Shown here: in pieces, positions 9,682 to 19,861 of the stretch | How the letters are laid out: each line of letters begins with the position of its first letter | How positions within the stretch are numbered: the first letter of the stretch is position 1 | Assembly (NCBI GenBank): GCA_040006915.1 | Contig: JBDTWD010000006.1 | Span: 1,897 to 65,896, forward strand | Reading direction: 5' to 3' | Source of the DNA: Candidatus Woesebacteria bacterium | GTDB lineage: Bacteria; Patescibacteriota; Microgenomatia; UBA1400; UBA12028 | Length of the DNA stretch: 64,000 nt | Made by a program: the position numbers and the translations under genes | Notes under the pieces: model-generated | Databases searched by the model: none | Seen by the model: the letters and a program-made list of their open reading frames with translations, nothing else | Told to the model about the DNA's origin: nothing

Positions 9682-11109
9682 TTACTCAGTACGGATATGA
9701 TCACCCTCTTGCACACTACGGGAAGTAATAACCGTGTCACTTGAAGCTAATCCGGAGTTAACTTTGACGTAACTTCCTGAAACATTACCAACTGCGATTT
9801 CCTTGATTGCTGCTTTGTCTCCATCTTTAATGTAGACATAGGACTTATCTTGGGTTTGATAGACACTATCTAATGGAATATACAAATTATCCGTAACAAT
9901 CTTCTTACTCCCCATCGGGATATGGACTTCCAAATTCCCGGCATTCACCAGATCTGAAGCATATTGAGATGGAATCGCATACAGAACACTGTAGAGACTG
10001 CCCTCAGTCGCTTCAGTTGAGACAAAACGTGGATTCAACGATACTTTCTTGCCACCGATTAAGAAGTCACTGGTTTCAGTCGTAGAAATCAGTTTGGCGA
10101 TATCTCTTGGGACCAAGACCACTGCAGTGTTCTCTCCTTGGTCAGCCTTAATCGTCGCAATCACCGTTCCTGGTGAAACATTTTGTCCCACTTTGACATA
10201 GATTCGTTCCACCACTCCACTACATGGAGAGGCAGGATACATTAATCCTTCACTAACCTTGGCAAGTTTTAAATTCAATTCGGACAAATCATTAGCGAGT
10301 GTTAATCCTCTCGCTTGCAGATCAAGCTGACGGACAGTTAAATCACCACTTGCGGTTGCAATTTGAGCTGGCAAACGGTTTTCATCTGACTGATACTGCG
10401 CAACACGCAAACCAGAGCGCAACTGGTTTAATCCAGCTTGAGCTGCAGCTTTGCCTTGTTTGGCTCCAGCTATGGCTGCATCATTCGCGCCGTTTACGTT
10501 GGTAGTAGTTAACTGGGTAATTTGGGCATCTAAGGAATTAACGATATCCTGGTTTAAATCAATTAAACCTTGGGTATCTGACAATGATTGTCTGGTAATG
10601 TCACGCAGTTCTTCACCTTGCGTATTTCCTTTTCCAGCAAGATCTTTCTGTCGATTAATGATGTCCATCTGGAGATCAAAATTGGCGGTAGTTGAGTCAA
10701 AGCTCTTTTGGGCAATTTGACGACCGAGACTGGCAGCATTACCTCCCTGATAGTTCGTAGACAAAGATACTAGTGTTCCTCCTCGAGAAACTTTCTGGCC
10801 TTCGGTCAAATTCACTTTTTGCACAATTCCTGGAACTTGAGCGATTATAGAAATTACCCCAGATTTCTCAATTTTGGCTGCAAAGGTCATTTTTGGACTT
10901 TCTCCAAAGGAGTATGTTTCAATGAGTTTAGGCTCACTGGCCTTTTGTTCTGGTTTTGGAGCTGGTTTACGCAAGAAATTTCCCACCACAATCAGGACTA
11001 ACAGGAGTCCTAAGAGGATGAAAAACGAGCCAAATGGGCGTTTATCGATGAATGTAGTGACTTTTTTCCAACGATTTTGGAAACCGGTCTTGAGGGATTT
11101 CAATGTCAT
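9682..11109 (-). CDS. efflux RND periplasmic adaptor (membrane fusion protein, HlyD family)
   Basis: 475 aa. N-terminal TM anchor, long coiled-coil segments, biotin/lipoyl-like hairpin GVVERIYVKVGQNVSPGTVIATI. Immediately upstream of the RND gene. Confidence 0.7.
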   Translation of the reverse strand: MTLKSLKTGFQNRWKKVTTFIDKRPFGSFFILLGLLLVLIVVGNFLRKPAPKPEQKASEPKLIETYSFGESPKMTFAAKIEKSGVISIIAQVPGIVQKVNLTEGQKVSRGGTLVSLSTNYQGGNAASLGRQIAQKSFDSTTANFDLQMDIINRQKDLAGKGNTQGEELRDITRQSLSDTQGLIDLNQDIVNSLDAQITQLTTTNVNGANDAAIAGAKQGKAAAQAGLNQLRSGLRVAQYQSDENRLPAQIATASGDLTVRQLDLQARGLTLANDLSELNLKLAKVSEGLMYPASPCSGVVERIYVKVGQNVSPGTVIATIKADQGENTAVVLVPRDIAKLISTTETSDFLIGGKKVSLNPRFVSTEATEGSLYSVLYAIPSQYASDLVNAGNLEVHIPMGSKKIVTDNLYIPLDSVYQTQDKSYVYIKDGDKAAIKEIAVGNVSGSYVKVNSGLASSDTVITSRSVQEGDHIRTE

Positions 11110-11191
11110 ACCAACCTTTCGGTATTACTACGGTTCGAGTGAAGCATTATACCCTATAACCATACAAAAAGCGAACAGATGATAGAATCCT

Positions 11192-11542
11192 TTGAGTATG
11201 AGTGAAAAGTCTCCAATTCCACGCAATGCGTCCACATTTACCACGTATCTAATCGCTGCGATTGAGAAGGAGAAAGAGGGCTACCCTGTACTTCCTGTTG
11301 GGGTAAGTGGAGTGACGATACACGCATATTTTCTTCACATTATTCACGGGCGGATACAGAGCTATAACATTAAAAATCCAGATGTGAAAATTAAACCTCC
11401 CTACACAAAAAAGAAAATTGTGTTTCTCCTCGATTTACTCTCTCTTTTAGCAAAAGAGAAAAATCTCACTGCCCATCGCCTGGCCCAGACAGGATGTTCA
11501 TTGGCTCTTCTACAGAAACTGATCAAGGAGTTAGAATCCTAA
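11192..11542 (+). CDS. hypothetical protein
   Basis: 116 aa, divergent from the efflux operon; possible C-terminal HTH. No clear motif. Confidence 0.3.
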   Translation: MSMSEKSPIPRNASTFTTYLIAAIEKEKEGYPVLPVGVSGVTIHAYFLHIIHGRIQSYNIKNPDVKIKPPYTKKKIVFLLDLLSLLAKEKNLTAHRLAQTGCSLALLQKLIKELES

Positions 11543-11549
11543 AAAAGGA

Positions 11550-12260
11550 CTACAGTGTTTGTAATCTTTCTACGTCGCTCATGGTTCCCACGTCAAGAGT
11601 CTGACCTTGTGTCAAGTATGCAACTACCGGAATTTGTTTTGACAAGAACCAAGGGATAATCGACCCTGGGGCATCCATATTGCCTCCTTCTTGTTTGTAC
11701 TCAGGCAAACGAGCTAAAACTGCTTTAGGATAGTAATAGAATGGGATTGCGGCTAAATCACTCGGAGGGATTTGGGGTTTTTCCACAAAAGAGGTAATGT
11801 ACTCTCCTTCTACTACGGCACACCCCAAACGCCCAGCAATGAGAGTTGTATCCATTTTACGGACCACAGTAGCAAAACTGTTCTTGGCTTGCGCAAATGC
11901 AATGAAATCCTGAATAGAAAATTCGTAATATGTATCAGAAGGAATGACAAGGAGATCATCATTCCACCCGATTGTGCTTTCGAGGGCAAACAGCAAATCT
12001 CCCAGAGCTCCCAACCTATTGTCTGGATCTGTCGCTTTGTCATTAACGAGTACAAGTGCTTTGGACTCTTTGTCTATCCACTCTGCATATTGGGGATAAA
12101 ATTTAGCGTTCGTTATCAACGTAACTGGAATATTCTGGAGTTCACTCATTACTTTCCCTAAAAGGGTCGAATTTCCCGTGGGAATTAACCCTTTAGGAAG
12201 GGTTTCTCCGAATTCTTTGAGTCTCGTACCAAATCCTGCCGCCAAAATGAGTGCCTGCAT
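11550..12260 (-). CDS. sugar-phosphate nucleotidyltransferase (NTP-transferase family)
   Basis: 236 aa. N-terminal MQALILAAGFGTRL G-rich loop. Confidence 0.7.
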   Translation of the reverse strand: MQALILAAGFGTRLKEFGETLPKGLIPTGNSTLLGKVMSELQNIPVTLITNAKFYPQYAEWIDKESKALVLVNDKATDPDNRLGALGDLLFALESTIGWNDDLLVIPSDTYYEFSIQDFIAFAQAKNSFATVVRKMDTTLIAGRLGCAVVEGEYITSFVEKPQIPPSDLAAIPFYYYPKAVLARLPEYKQEGGNMDAPGSIIPWFLSKQIPVVAYLTQGQTLDVGTMSDVERLQTL

Positions 12261-12290
12261 GAGAGGAAGTATACCGTACTACGAGAGCTT

Positions 12291-12791
12291 TCAGGTAGTT
12301 TTAGTTTTCCCGATTTGTTCTAATCTTGGGACTAACTCATCAGTAGGAATTTTCGAGCAATCAATTTTCTCTTTATCACTAATAAGTAACCCTTCAAGAA
12401 TCCATCGAGCTTTACGCGCATCTCCCTTTGGTAAGGGCCCAATTTTGATGGCCTGATGGGGAAGCAAACGGTCGACTACAACGAGAGTTGCAAATAAGAA
12501 TGCTTCTTGGACCACAATTGTCATGATGTCTTTAATCATAATACTTTGCGTCGTTCGAGTGGAAAGAAAATAGCGTTTGGAAATGGTGATCTTATTGCGA
12601 TCAACTGTTAACACATCCGGGAACAAATCCAGAGGAAAGACCGTTGTACTGACAAACAGGGCTTTGTCATCCAAATAAGCCAAATCATCTAACTTCTTGG
12701 CCGATGATTGCGCTTTTGTTGACTGGGCCTGTTCGTCCCGGGCAGTTGCCATCATGGCTGTAGGGAGTAGAATGCGAGCATTATCTGGCAT
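12291..12791 (-). CDS. hypothetical protein
   Basis: 166 aa, no recognised motif. Confidence 0.35.
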   Translation of the reverse strand: MPDNARILLPTAMMATARDEQAQSTKAQSSAKKLDDLAYLDDKALFVSTTVFPLDLFPDVLTVDRNKITISKRYFLSTRTTQSIMIKDIMTIVVQEAFLFATLVVVDRLLPHQAIKIGPLPKGDARKARWILEGLLISDKEKIDCSKIPTDELVPRLEQIGKTKTT

Positions 12792-12885
12792 GATCTAACA
12801 ATAGAGCTTCTTGGGAGTGGCTTTGATAAGAGAGTTGTAAGAAAACCAACAGTGCTCTTATCGACGAGTACAATTAAATATAGAT

Positions 12886-13581
12886 ATGAGTGTTACCTCT
12901 ACAATAGTTGTTATCGAAGATGAACCGTCATTACTTGAGTACTTACAAGATGTACTCGTGAATGAACGATATACCGTACATCCTATCAGTAAGGGGTCAC
13001 AGGCCTTACCGCTGATTGAAGCCACGAATCCTAACTTGGTTCTCCTTGACCTCACTTTACCAGACGTCAGTGGCGAAACAGTTTGCTTGGAGATTAAGAA
13101 ACTGTTTCCACGGCTTCCAATTATCATTTTAACTGCCAAAGATGAGCCCAGAGATATTGTCACTGGCCTTGGACTAGGAGCAGATGATTATGTGACAAAA
13201 CCCTTTAACACTGATGAATTACTGGCCCGCATTAAAACGAGACTCCGAGATCCACAGACCGAACCGGTATTACGGATTGCTGACTTGCAACTGAATACTG
13301 AGACCTTTGAAGCCAAACGTGGCAGTACCATAATTCCTTTAACGCACACAGAATATACTTTGCTTCATTATCTTTTGTTAAACAAAAACCGCGTCTTAAC
13401 CCGTGACATGATTCTGTCTAGCGTCTGGTCACTGACCCCAGACATTGAAAGTCGAGTAGTTGACGTCTATATCGGATACTTACGCAAGAAAATTGATAAA
13501 GATTATAGTAAAAAACTAATTCATTCAATGCGCGGATTCGGTTATTCCTTGCGCGATGAGATGAATGAATCAATGACATAA
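12886..13581 (+). CDS. OmpR/PhoB-family response regulator
   Basis: 231 aa. Receiver VVIEDEP..LLDLTLPDVSG..YVTKPF plus winged-helix C-terminus LTHTEYTLLHYLLLNKNRVLTRDMI. Confidence 0.85.
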   Translation: MSVTSTIVVIEDEPSLLEYLQDVLVNERYTVHPISKGSQALPLIEATNPNLVLLDLTLPDVSGETVCLEIKKLFPRLPIIILTAKDEPRDIVTGLGLGADDYVTKPFNTDELLARIKTRLRDPQTEPVLRIADLQLNTETFEAKRGSTIIPLTHTEYTLLHYLLLNKNRVLTRDMILSSVWSLTPDIESRVVDVYIGYLRKKIDKDYSKKLIHSMRGFGYSLRDEMNESMT

Positions 13582-13913
13582 ACCAAGGAATCCAAAGAAA
13601 AAGGTTTGGCTAAATACGAATCAGCCTTCGAGGCTTTAGCTTTTTGAGACAAGCTTTGATCGGCTGAGATAAGAATCACAGGTAGATCTTTATACTCAGA
13701 TGAACTTTTTAATTTCTTGGCAATCTGATCCCCTTGTTCCCCATCCAATCCAATATCCAACACTACTGCATCTGGCTTATGTTTTGAGATCTTTTTCCAG
13801 AAGGCTTTGGCACCAGCAAATCCAATCGGAATATAGTCATGCTCTTCTAGGGCTAACTGAAGAACTTCCAAAAGCGATGCGTCGTCATCGACGATATAAA
13901 TGAGTTGGCTCAT
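13542..13913 (-). CDS. stand-alone response-regulator receiver domain (CheY-like)
   Basis: Start set at MSQLIYIVDDD. Motifs DAVVLDIGLDGEQG and YLAKPF. Its 3' end overlaps the convergent OmpR-type regulator by about 40 bp. Confidence 0.7.
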   Translation of the reverse strand: MSQLIYIVDDDASLLEVLQLALEEHDYIPIGFAGAKAFWKKISKHKPDAVVLDIGLDGEQGDQIAKKLKSSSEYKDLPVILISADQSLSQKAKASKADSYLAKPFSLDSLVYVIDSFISSRKE

Positions 13914-13995
13914 AGTATGTGCAGAAAAAACCGCTTCCATTTGTGTAGTATCAAGTACTTGGATGAAAGATCGACGAGAACTCCGTAAGAGTTTT

Positions 13996-15438
13996 TCATA
14001 CAGATTCTTCCTGGGTAAGAGGCAGCTCAACGGTGAAGGTAGATCCTTTTTTGTAGGCACTCTCTACCTGAATCGTGCCACGGTAATGGCGCATTACTTG
14101 GCGCGCTAAATATAAACCAAGCCCGGAACCTTTAGCTGTACCCTCCCGTGCATGCCGTCCTCTGAAGAATGGATTGAATAATTTGGCCTGCTCTCGTTTT
14201 GGAATTCCAATCCCGTGATCACGGATAGAAAGCCGTACGAAGGTTCCTTCCACTTCGCGAGCAATTTCTACTGGCTCACTTACGGGTGAATACTTAATCG
14301 CATTCGTAATCAGGTTACTGATTACTTGTCCAAATCGATGCTTGTCGACTTTTACGTTGCTTTTTGTTTCTCCTGAAACCTCAAAAACTTCATGAGGTAA
14401 GGTTTTTTGCAACTCGAAAACAGTTTCAGTTACTAACTGATCAAAAGAAATAACCTCATCATGAAAAGGCAACTTTCCTGACCCAAGATAAATGGCATCT
14501 AACATTCCGTTAATTAAACCGGTGAGCAAATCCGTTTTCTCGTTGATGTGCTGAAGATAGCGACTGATTCTGGCATCCTCAGTTGGAGCAATGATTTTAA
14601 TTAACAGCTGCGTAAAGGCTTTAATCACTGCTAAAGGAGTTTTGAGTTCATGACCAACCAAAGCTAAGAAGCGATCTCGCTCCCGCTGTTCTAAAATTCG
14701 GGCAGTAGTGTCACGAAAAATGATGAGACTTTTCCCTGGTAAGAATTTCGAAAAGATTGACATTTCTACAAATAATTCATCGCCATTAGCGTGAGAGAAA
14801 TTCAGTGGAGCTAACTTCACGCTAGAACGCTTGGCACTTTGGAACAATTTATGAAAAGCAGTCTTTCCTTCTTTGGGAAAAAGCGTGAACACGTTCTCAC
14901 CAATAATCGAATTCTTTTTAAAAAAGGCCAAGGCGACAGGGTTTGCTTCTTCAATGATTCCGTCTTTGTTCAAAATAAGCTTTGAATCATGACTCACTTC
15001 AAAAATCAGCTTGTATCGAGCCTCATTTTCAATGAAACTATTTTTTTCCCTTAAAGCAATTGCTGCATCTAAAAACGAGACTACATAGGCTTTAGTCCCA
15101 TTTTCATCTTGGATTGGATTGATTGAATATTCGATCCAGCATGGAACATGATCTCTCCAGAAAATATCGAAATGCCGCATCACTTGAACATTACTCTGAA
15201 TGAGTTGAGTAAATGGACAAGCTCCCTGTGCATGCGTACGATCTTTGCGAGGGGCTTTATGGACGACCGCATGAATTGAGGTCCCAATAAGCTTCTCAAC
15301 GGGGAGATGGAAAAAATCCTGGGCTCCCTCATTGGCAAACTGAATGACTCCGTGTTCATCTAAAAAGAAGACACTTGCAGAAGCGTGTAGCAGTGAAAGT
15401 TTTGCAAATCGGTCGGCCCATTCCATACGAGCTATCAT
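13996..15438 (-). CDS. PAS-domain sensor histidine kinase
   Basis: 480 aa. H-box HELKTPLAVI, N/G boxes NLITNAIKYS and GSGLGL, PAS-like N-terminal region. Confidence 0.8.
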   Translation of the reverse strand: MIARMEWADRFAKLSLLHASASVFFLDEHGVIQFANEGAQDFFHLPVEKLIGTSIHAVVHKAPRKDRTHAQGACPFTQLIQSNVQVMRHFDIFWRDHVPCWIEYSINPIQDENGTKAYVVSFLDAAIALREKNSFIENEARYKLIFEVSHDSKLILNKDGIIEEANPVALAFFKKNSIIGENVFTLFPKEGKTAFHKLFQSAKRSSVKLAPLNFSHANGDELFVEMSIFSKFLPGKSLIIFRDTTARILEQRERDRFLALVGHELKTPLAVIKAFTQLLIKIIAPTEDARISRYLQHINEKTDLLTGLINGMLDAIYLGSGKLPFHDEVISFDQLVTETVFELQKTLPHEVFEVSGETKSNVKVDKHRFGQVISNLITNAIKYSPVSEPVEIAREVEGTFVRLSIRDHGIGIPKREQAKLFNPFFRGRHAREGTAKGSGLGLYLARQVMRHYRGTIQVESAYKKGSTFTVELPLTQEESV

Positions 15439-15540
15439 ACCGCATCAAGAGTATTCTTACTTTTCTCTTACGATTCGCACTCTTTCTTACCGAAAACTAC
15501 ATGCGATCATATTCTTATATTTAATATAAAGGAGGAGTAT

Positions 15541-15798
15541 ATGGGTTTACTTGCATGGTTGATCTTAGGATTACTAGCTGGTTGGATTGCGTCTATGGTA
15601 ATGAAAACCGATGCTCAACAAGGAGCTGTCATGGATTTGATCTTAGGAGTGGTAGGGGCAATGGTTGGAGGAGTGGTAATGAACCTGTTTGGCTCCGCTG
15701 GTGTAACCGGGTTTAACCTATACAGCCTCTTAGTCGCTACTCTTGGTGCTGTTATCCTTATTTGGTTGGGGAGAATGTTTAATCGAAACTCGATGTAG
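15541..15798 (+). CDS. GlsB/YeaQ/YmgE-family stress-response membrane protein
   Basis: 85 aa. Gly-rich two-TM pattern [23 protein letters not shown]. Strong AAAGGAGG SD upstream. Confidence 0.8.
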   Translation: MGLLAWLILGLLAGWIASMVMKTDAQQGAVMDLILGVVGAMVGGVVMNLFGSAGVTGFNLYSLLVATLGAVILIWLGRMFNRNSM

Positions 15799-15943
15799 AT
15801 CTAGAGCGAACGTATCACGTTCTTACAGAGTGATCGATTGTAGTGTTATAGTAAATAATAATCCTTGGTTCAATCTCATCGATCCAAAGTCAGTATCTTT
15901 GTATATCCGTACAATTTGTGGGAGAAACGGGGAAAAAAGCAAA

Positions 15944-16315
15944 ATGAAGCTCAACTCACTCACTCCAGAAGAAAAACATGTGATTGAAGACAAAGGAACC
16001 GAAGCCCCTTTCACAGGTGAATACGACGACTTTTGGCTTGAAGGCACCTACAACTGCAGACGCTGTAACTCCCCACTGTACGAATCCACTGCCAAGTTTC
16101 ACTCAGGTTGTGGGTGGCCGTCGTTTGATCAGGAAATTCCTGGACAAGTGAAACGAATTCCTGATCCAGATGGATCTCGCATTGAGATTGAGTGTGCCAC
16201 CTGTGGCGCACACTTGGGACATGTTTTTATTGGGGAACACATGACAGATAAAAACACTCGTCATTGTGTCAATTCGCTATCAATGAAATTTGTTGCAAAG
16301 GAGAAAAAAGTATGA
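15944..16315 (+). CDS. msrB: peptide-methionine (R)-S-oxide reductase
   Basis: CxxC..CxxC zinc site (CRRC..CATC) and catalytic-region [17 protein letters not shown]. Start at the internal Met MKLNSL. Confidence 0.85.
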   Translation: MKLNSLTPEEKHVIEDKGTEAPFTGEYDDFWLEGTYNCRRCNSPLYESTAKFHSGCGWPSFDQEIPGQVKRIPDPDGSRIEIECATCGAHLGHVFIGEHMTDKNTRHCVNSLSMKFVAKEKKV

Positions 16316-16845
16316 CAGAGGTTGCAACAGTAGCAGGCGGGTGTTTTTGGTGTACTGAGGCCGTTTTTAAACGCTTAAAAGGGGTAACCAAAGTGACACC
16401 AGGATATTCAGGTGGAAAAATGGATGATCCTGATTACGATCATGTTTCCATGGGAACAACTGGACATGCCGAAGCGATTCAACTGGAATTTGATCCTGAT
16501 GTTATCAGCTTTGACACCATTCTTGATGTGTTCTTTGCCACACATGATCCAACAACATTAAATGCGCAAGGGAATGATGTGGGAACTCAATATCGTTCGG
16601 TGATTTTTTATCACAACGAAGAGCAAAAAAAATTAGCAGAATCGAAAATGAAACCAGGGTATGTTACGCAAATTACGCGCTTCGAAAAATTTTATGACGC
16701 AGAGAGCTATCACAAAGATTATTACGACAAAAATAAAGACAGCAATCCATATTGTACAGTTGTCATTGATCCAAAAGTGAAAAAACTGCTACAAAAGTTT
16801 TCAGAAGAGATCAAACCAGAATATCTTTCACCCGTTGTGCAATAG
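16312..16845 (+). CDS. msrA: peptide-methionine (S)-S-oxide reductase
   Basis: GCFWC active site within [23 protein letters not shown] overlap with the msrB stop. Confidence 0.88.
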   Translation: MTEVATVAGGCFWCTEAVFKRLKGVTKVTPGYSGGKMDDPDYDHVSMGTTGHAEAIQLEFDPDVISFDTILDVFFATHDPTTLNAQGNDVGTQYRSVIFYHNEEQKKLAESKMKPGYVTQITRFEKFYDAESYHKDYYDKNKDSNPYCTVVIDPKVKKLLQKFSEEIKPEYLSPVVQ

Positions 16846-17752
16846 CCTCACTGGTTAATCCATACTTTGTGTATAGTTCTTGTGGAGTTCCAGATTCACC
16901 AAAGCTGTCTTGCATTCCCATGCGATGGACAGGAACAGGATATTCTTGTGAGAGTAATTCACACACACTGCTTCCCATCCCTCCCATGATTTGATGGTCT
17001 TCAATCGTAACCACTCTTTTGGTTTTCTTTACTGAAGTGAGAATCGTTTCTGAATCTAAAGGTTTTATCGTATGGTTATTAACTACTTCAGCATGGATTC
17101 CTTCTTTTTCCAAGACTCTAGCAGCTTTGAGGACCTCAGCCAATAAGGGGCCGCATCCAATAATGGTTACGTCACTTCCCTGTCGCAAAACATTTGCTTT
17201 TCCAATCGTAAATATGGATTCTGTAGTCACAATACTAGGGCTTTTTTCTCGGGTTAAGCGTACGTAACAGGGACCACTATACTGTGCGATCGCCAATGTT
17301 GCTTTCTTTGACTCACCACTATCTGCAGGAACCACGACAGTTAAATTAGGAAGCACTCTGGTAATGGCAATGTCTTCCAATCCTTGATGGGTAGCCCCAT
17401 CAGCTCCTACAGAAAGTCCTGTATGCCCACCGATAATTTTGACATTAGCTTGTGAATAACACACGGACACGCGCAGTTGATCCCAGTTTCTTCCAGGAGA
17501 AAATACAGCATAACTGCAGACAAAAGGAATTTTTCCGGAATGAGCGAGTCCGGCTGCAATTCCCATCATATTCTGTTCAGCAACTCCACATTCAATAAAA
17601 CGAGTGGGAAATTCCTTGGCAAAAGCAGTCAGCTTTAGTGAATCTTTTAAATCTGCCGTGAGCACCACAACACGCTCATCCGCACGTGCTGCTTCTACAA
17701 TTCCTTCTCCAAACCCGTCTCTGGTTGCGTATTCTTTTGGTTCCTCACTCAT
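16811..17752 (-). CDS. transketolase, C-terminal subunit (split transketolase)
   Basis: 313 aa, pyrimidine-binding plus C-terminal domains. Adjacent to the N-terminal subunit gene. Confidence 0.85.
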   Translation of the reverse strand: MSEEPKEYATRDGFGEGIVEAARADERVVVLTADLKDSLKLTAFAKEFPTRFIECGVAEQNMMGIAAGLAHSGKIPFVCSYAVFSPGRNWDQLRVSVCYSQANVKIIGGHTGLSVGADGATHQGLEDIAITRVLPNLTVVVPADSGESKKATLAIAQYSGPCYVRLTREKSPSIVTTESIFTIGKANVLRQGSDVTIIGCGPLLAEVLKAARVLEKEGIHAEVVNNHTIKPLDSETILTSVKKTKRVVTIEDHQIMGGMGSSVCELLSQEYPVPVHRMGMQDSFGESGTPQELYTKYGLTSEAIAQRVKDILV

Positions 17753-18587
17753 ACTGAATTCTTCCTTTCAATGTTCTCAGTTCCTCTAGCGCCATTTGAG
17801 CTTCTTGTGGATTTGGCGTTTTCCCATGCCACTCTGGTTTCCCTTCCATGAAATCCACTCCTTTTCCTGGTATGGTGTGAGCAATAATACACACTGGTTT
17901 TTCATAAATTGCGGTTGCTTCACTACAAGCATCGATAACACGTTCAATGTTATGTCCATCAACTTCCAATACATGCCAGTTAAAGGCTTCATATTTAGCC
18001 TTGAGTGATTCAAGAGGCATGATGTCTTCAGTAAAGCCATCAATTTGAATGTTGTTACGATCAATGATCGTCGTTAAGTTTGCCAGTCTTTCTTTCCCTG
18101 CAAATAAGATTGCTTCCCAGGTTTGGCCTTCATTATGTTCACCATCACTCATGGCACAATATACTTGGTATTTTTTTTGATCCAAGATTCCAGCTAGCGC
18201 CATCCCAATCGCTTGTGAAATTCCTTGACCTAAAGGGCCAGCAGAGACTTCAACTCCAGGTAAATCCACTTTGCTGGGATGACCTTGTAATCTCGTCCCT
18301 AACTTTCGTAAGGTGAGTAATTCTTCAGTTGGGAAATATCCAGACTCGGCCAAAGTCGCATAGAGAACTGGACAAATATGACCATTAGAAAGTACCAGTC
18401 GATCGCGATCCTCCCAGGTTGGGTTGTTCGGATCGTGTCGCAAGACAGAAAAATATAAAGCTGTGAATACATCCGCCATTCCTAAAGGCCCGGCTGAATG
18501 ACCACTGCCCGCTTCCAAAAGCATGCGAATGATATCCTCACGGATTGCTTCTGCTTTTTGTTCTAATTGTTGGATGGAAAAGTCCAT
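17745..18587 (-). CDS. transketolase, N-terminal (TPP-binding) subunit
   Basis: MDFSIQQLEQKAEAIREDIIRML..SGHSAGPLG TPP-binding motif. Start set at MDFS to avoid overlap with the HD gene. Confidence 0.85.
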   Translation of the reverse strand: MDFSIQQLEQKAEAIREDIIRMLLEAGSGHSAGPLGMADVFTALYFSVLRHDPNNPTWEDRDRLVLSNGHICPVLYATLAESGYFPTEELLTLRKLGTRLQGHPSKVDLPGVEVSAGPLGQGISQAIGMALAGILDQKKYQVYCAMSDGEHNEGQTWEAILFAGKERLANLTTIIDRNNIQIDGFTEDIMPLESLKAKYEAFNWHVLEVDGHNIERVIDACSEATAIYEKPVCIIAHTIPGKGVDFMEGKPEWHGKTPNPQEAQMALEELRTLKGRIQYE

Positions 18588-18606
18588 GCATTCATCATAG
18601 CCCACT

Positions 18607-19416
18607 TTAGCCTTGGAAAAAATCTTTAAATAATTGCTTTCCTTTGCCTTTATCAATATAAATTTTTATTTCCAGATGCTTTTCAATTCCTGATCCCATG
18701 ACTTTCTTCTTTAACAATTCATCTACCTGAAAAATTCCGGCGGTGTGATTCATACTGATATCCACCTGCACTGGAGTCTTTCTTCCTGGTTTGATCTCAA
18801 TCGCATCAATAGCCATCGCAGACACTGAATGGATATCAAGTTTCCCTTCTTCATACGGAAAACGAGTGCGCCCTTCACTCATATCCAAGGCATCTGCAAC
18901 TCGAACGATTCCAGCCTCGACAGTTAATGGTTGTCCATCTTTTCGATGGCTGATAATGGCATGCAAAACTTCTGAAGTCAGGATAGTACGTTCGGGGACA
19001 GGGAGAAAAGAGAGAATCTCACGCAATAATGTATTGACTAAGAACAAACTATATTCCTCGTGACCCGACCGATGCACAGACATTCCTAAATCATGTAAAA
19101 GACTCGCCAGCAGAATCACCACTTCGGCATGGTCACTTGAGAGTCCATAATCTTTGCAAATGGAAAACTTAACTTCTTTTTTCTCAAAGATTCGAGCTAT
19201 TTGTAATGCATTTTGAGCAACGATTTGAAAATGCAAAATCCCATGATCCGTCATAGAGAGGCGTTTGATAGCAGTAACATTGGTAATCTTCCATAACGTC
19301 TTAATTTCCTCATTGGTATTGATAAGAGTGAGCACTTTTTCCAAGAGGACATTGCCATTTATCGGAATTTCGATTATCTTAGGTTGAGAAGACTGAGGCG
19401 GAAGTGACGCTGACAT
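18607..19416 (-). CDS. HD-domain phosphohydrolase
   Basis: 269 aa. HD motif LLHDLG with upstream H residues in HGILHFQIVAQNAL. Confidence 0.65.
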   Translation of the reverse strand: MSASLPPQSSQPKIIEIPINGNVLLEKVLTLINTNEEIKTLWKITNVTAIKRLSMTDHGILHFQIVAQNALQIARIFEKKEVKFSICKDYGLSSDHAEVVILLASLLHDLGMSVHRSGHEEYSLFLVNTLLREILSFLPVPERTILTSEVLHAIISHRKDGQPLTVEAGIVRVADALDMSEGRTRFPYEEGKLDIHSVSAMAIDAIEIKPGRKTPVQVDISMNHTAGIFQVDELLKKKVMGSGIEKHLEIKIYIDKGKGKQLFKDFFQG

Positions 19417-19475
19417 TAGATCCCATATTACCTAACCTACTTACAAAAGAAAAGCCACCAGTTTTCAACTCACTT

Positions 19476-19859
19476 ATGAACCTTCCTTTTGATGTCAAAC
19501 GCGTATCAGGTAAAGGGTTAGCATTATTTGCTAACAGAAACATTAAAGAAGGCGAAATTATTGAAGAATGTCCAATTCTGCCTCTTACCCCCACAGAGCG
19601 CAAACATAGTGAAAAAACGATTTTAAATCACTACATCTATCCGTGGCGCAGTACTCGCAGTGCTGCCGTCGTTTTTGGGTATGGCTCAATTTACAACCAC
19701 TCCTTTACTCCAAATGCTGACTGGAAACAGAATTTTAAAACCTCTCGCATGGTGTATCGAGCGCTCCGTGATATCAAAGCTGGTGAAGAGCTAACCGTTA
19801 ACTATAACGGGGAGCCTGATGATGACACAGAAATCGAATGGTTTGAAGTCAAAGACTAA
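19476..19859 (+). CDS. SET-domain protein (putative protein-lysine methyltransferase)
   Basis: SET signatures GKGLALFANRNIKEGEII and YNHSFTPNADW..ELTVNY. Start could be 19404. Confidence 0.65.
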   Translation: MNLPFDVKRVSGKGLALFANRNIKEGEIIEECPILPLTPTERKHSEKTILNHYIYPWRSTRSAAVVFGYGSIYNHSFTPNADWKQNFKTSRMVYRALRDIKAGEELTVNYNGEPDDDTEIEWFEVKD

Positions 19860-19861
19860 CT

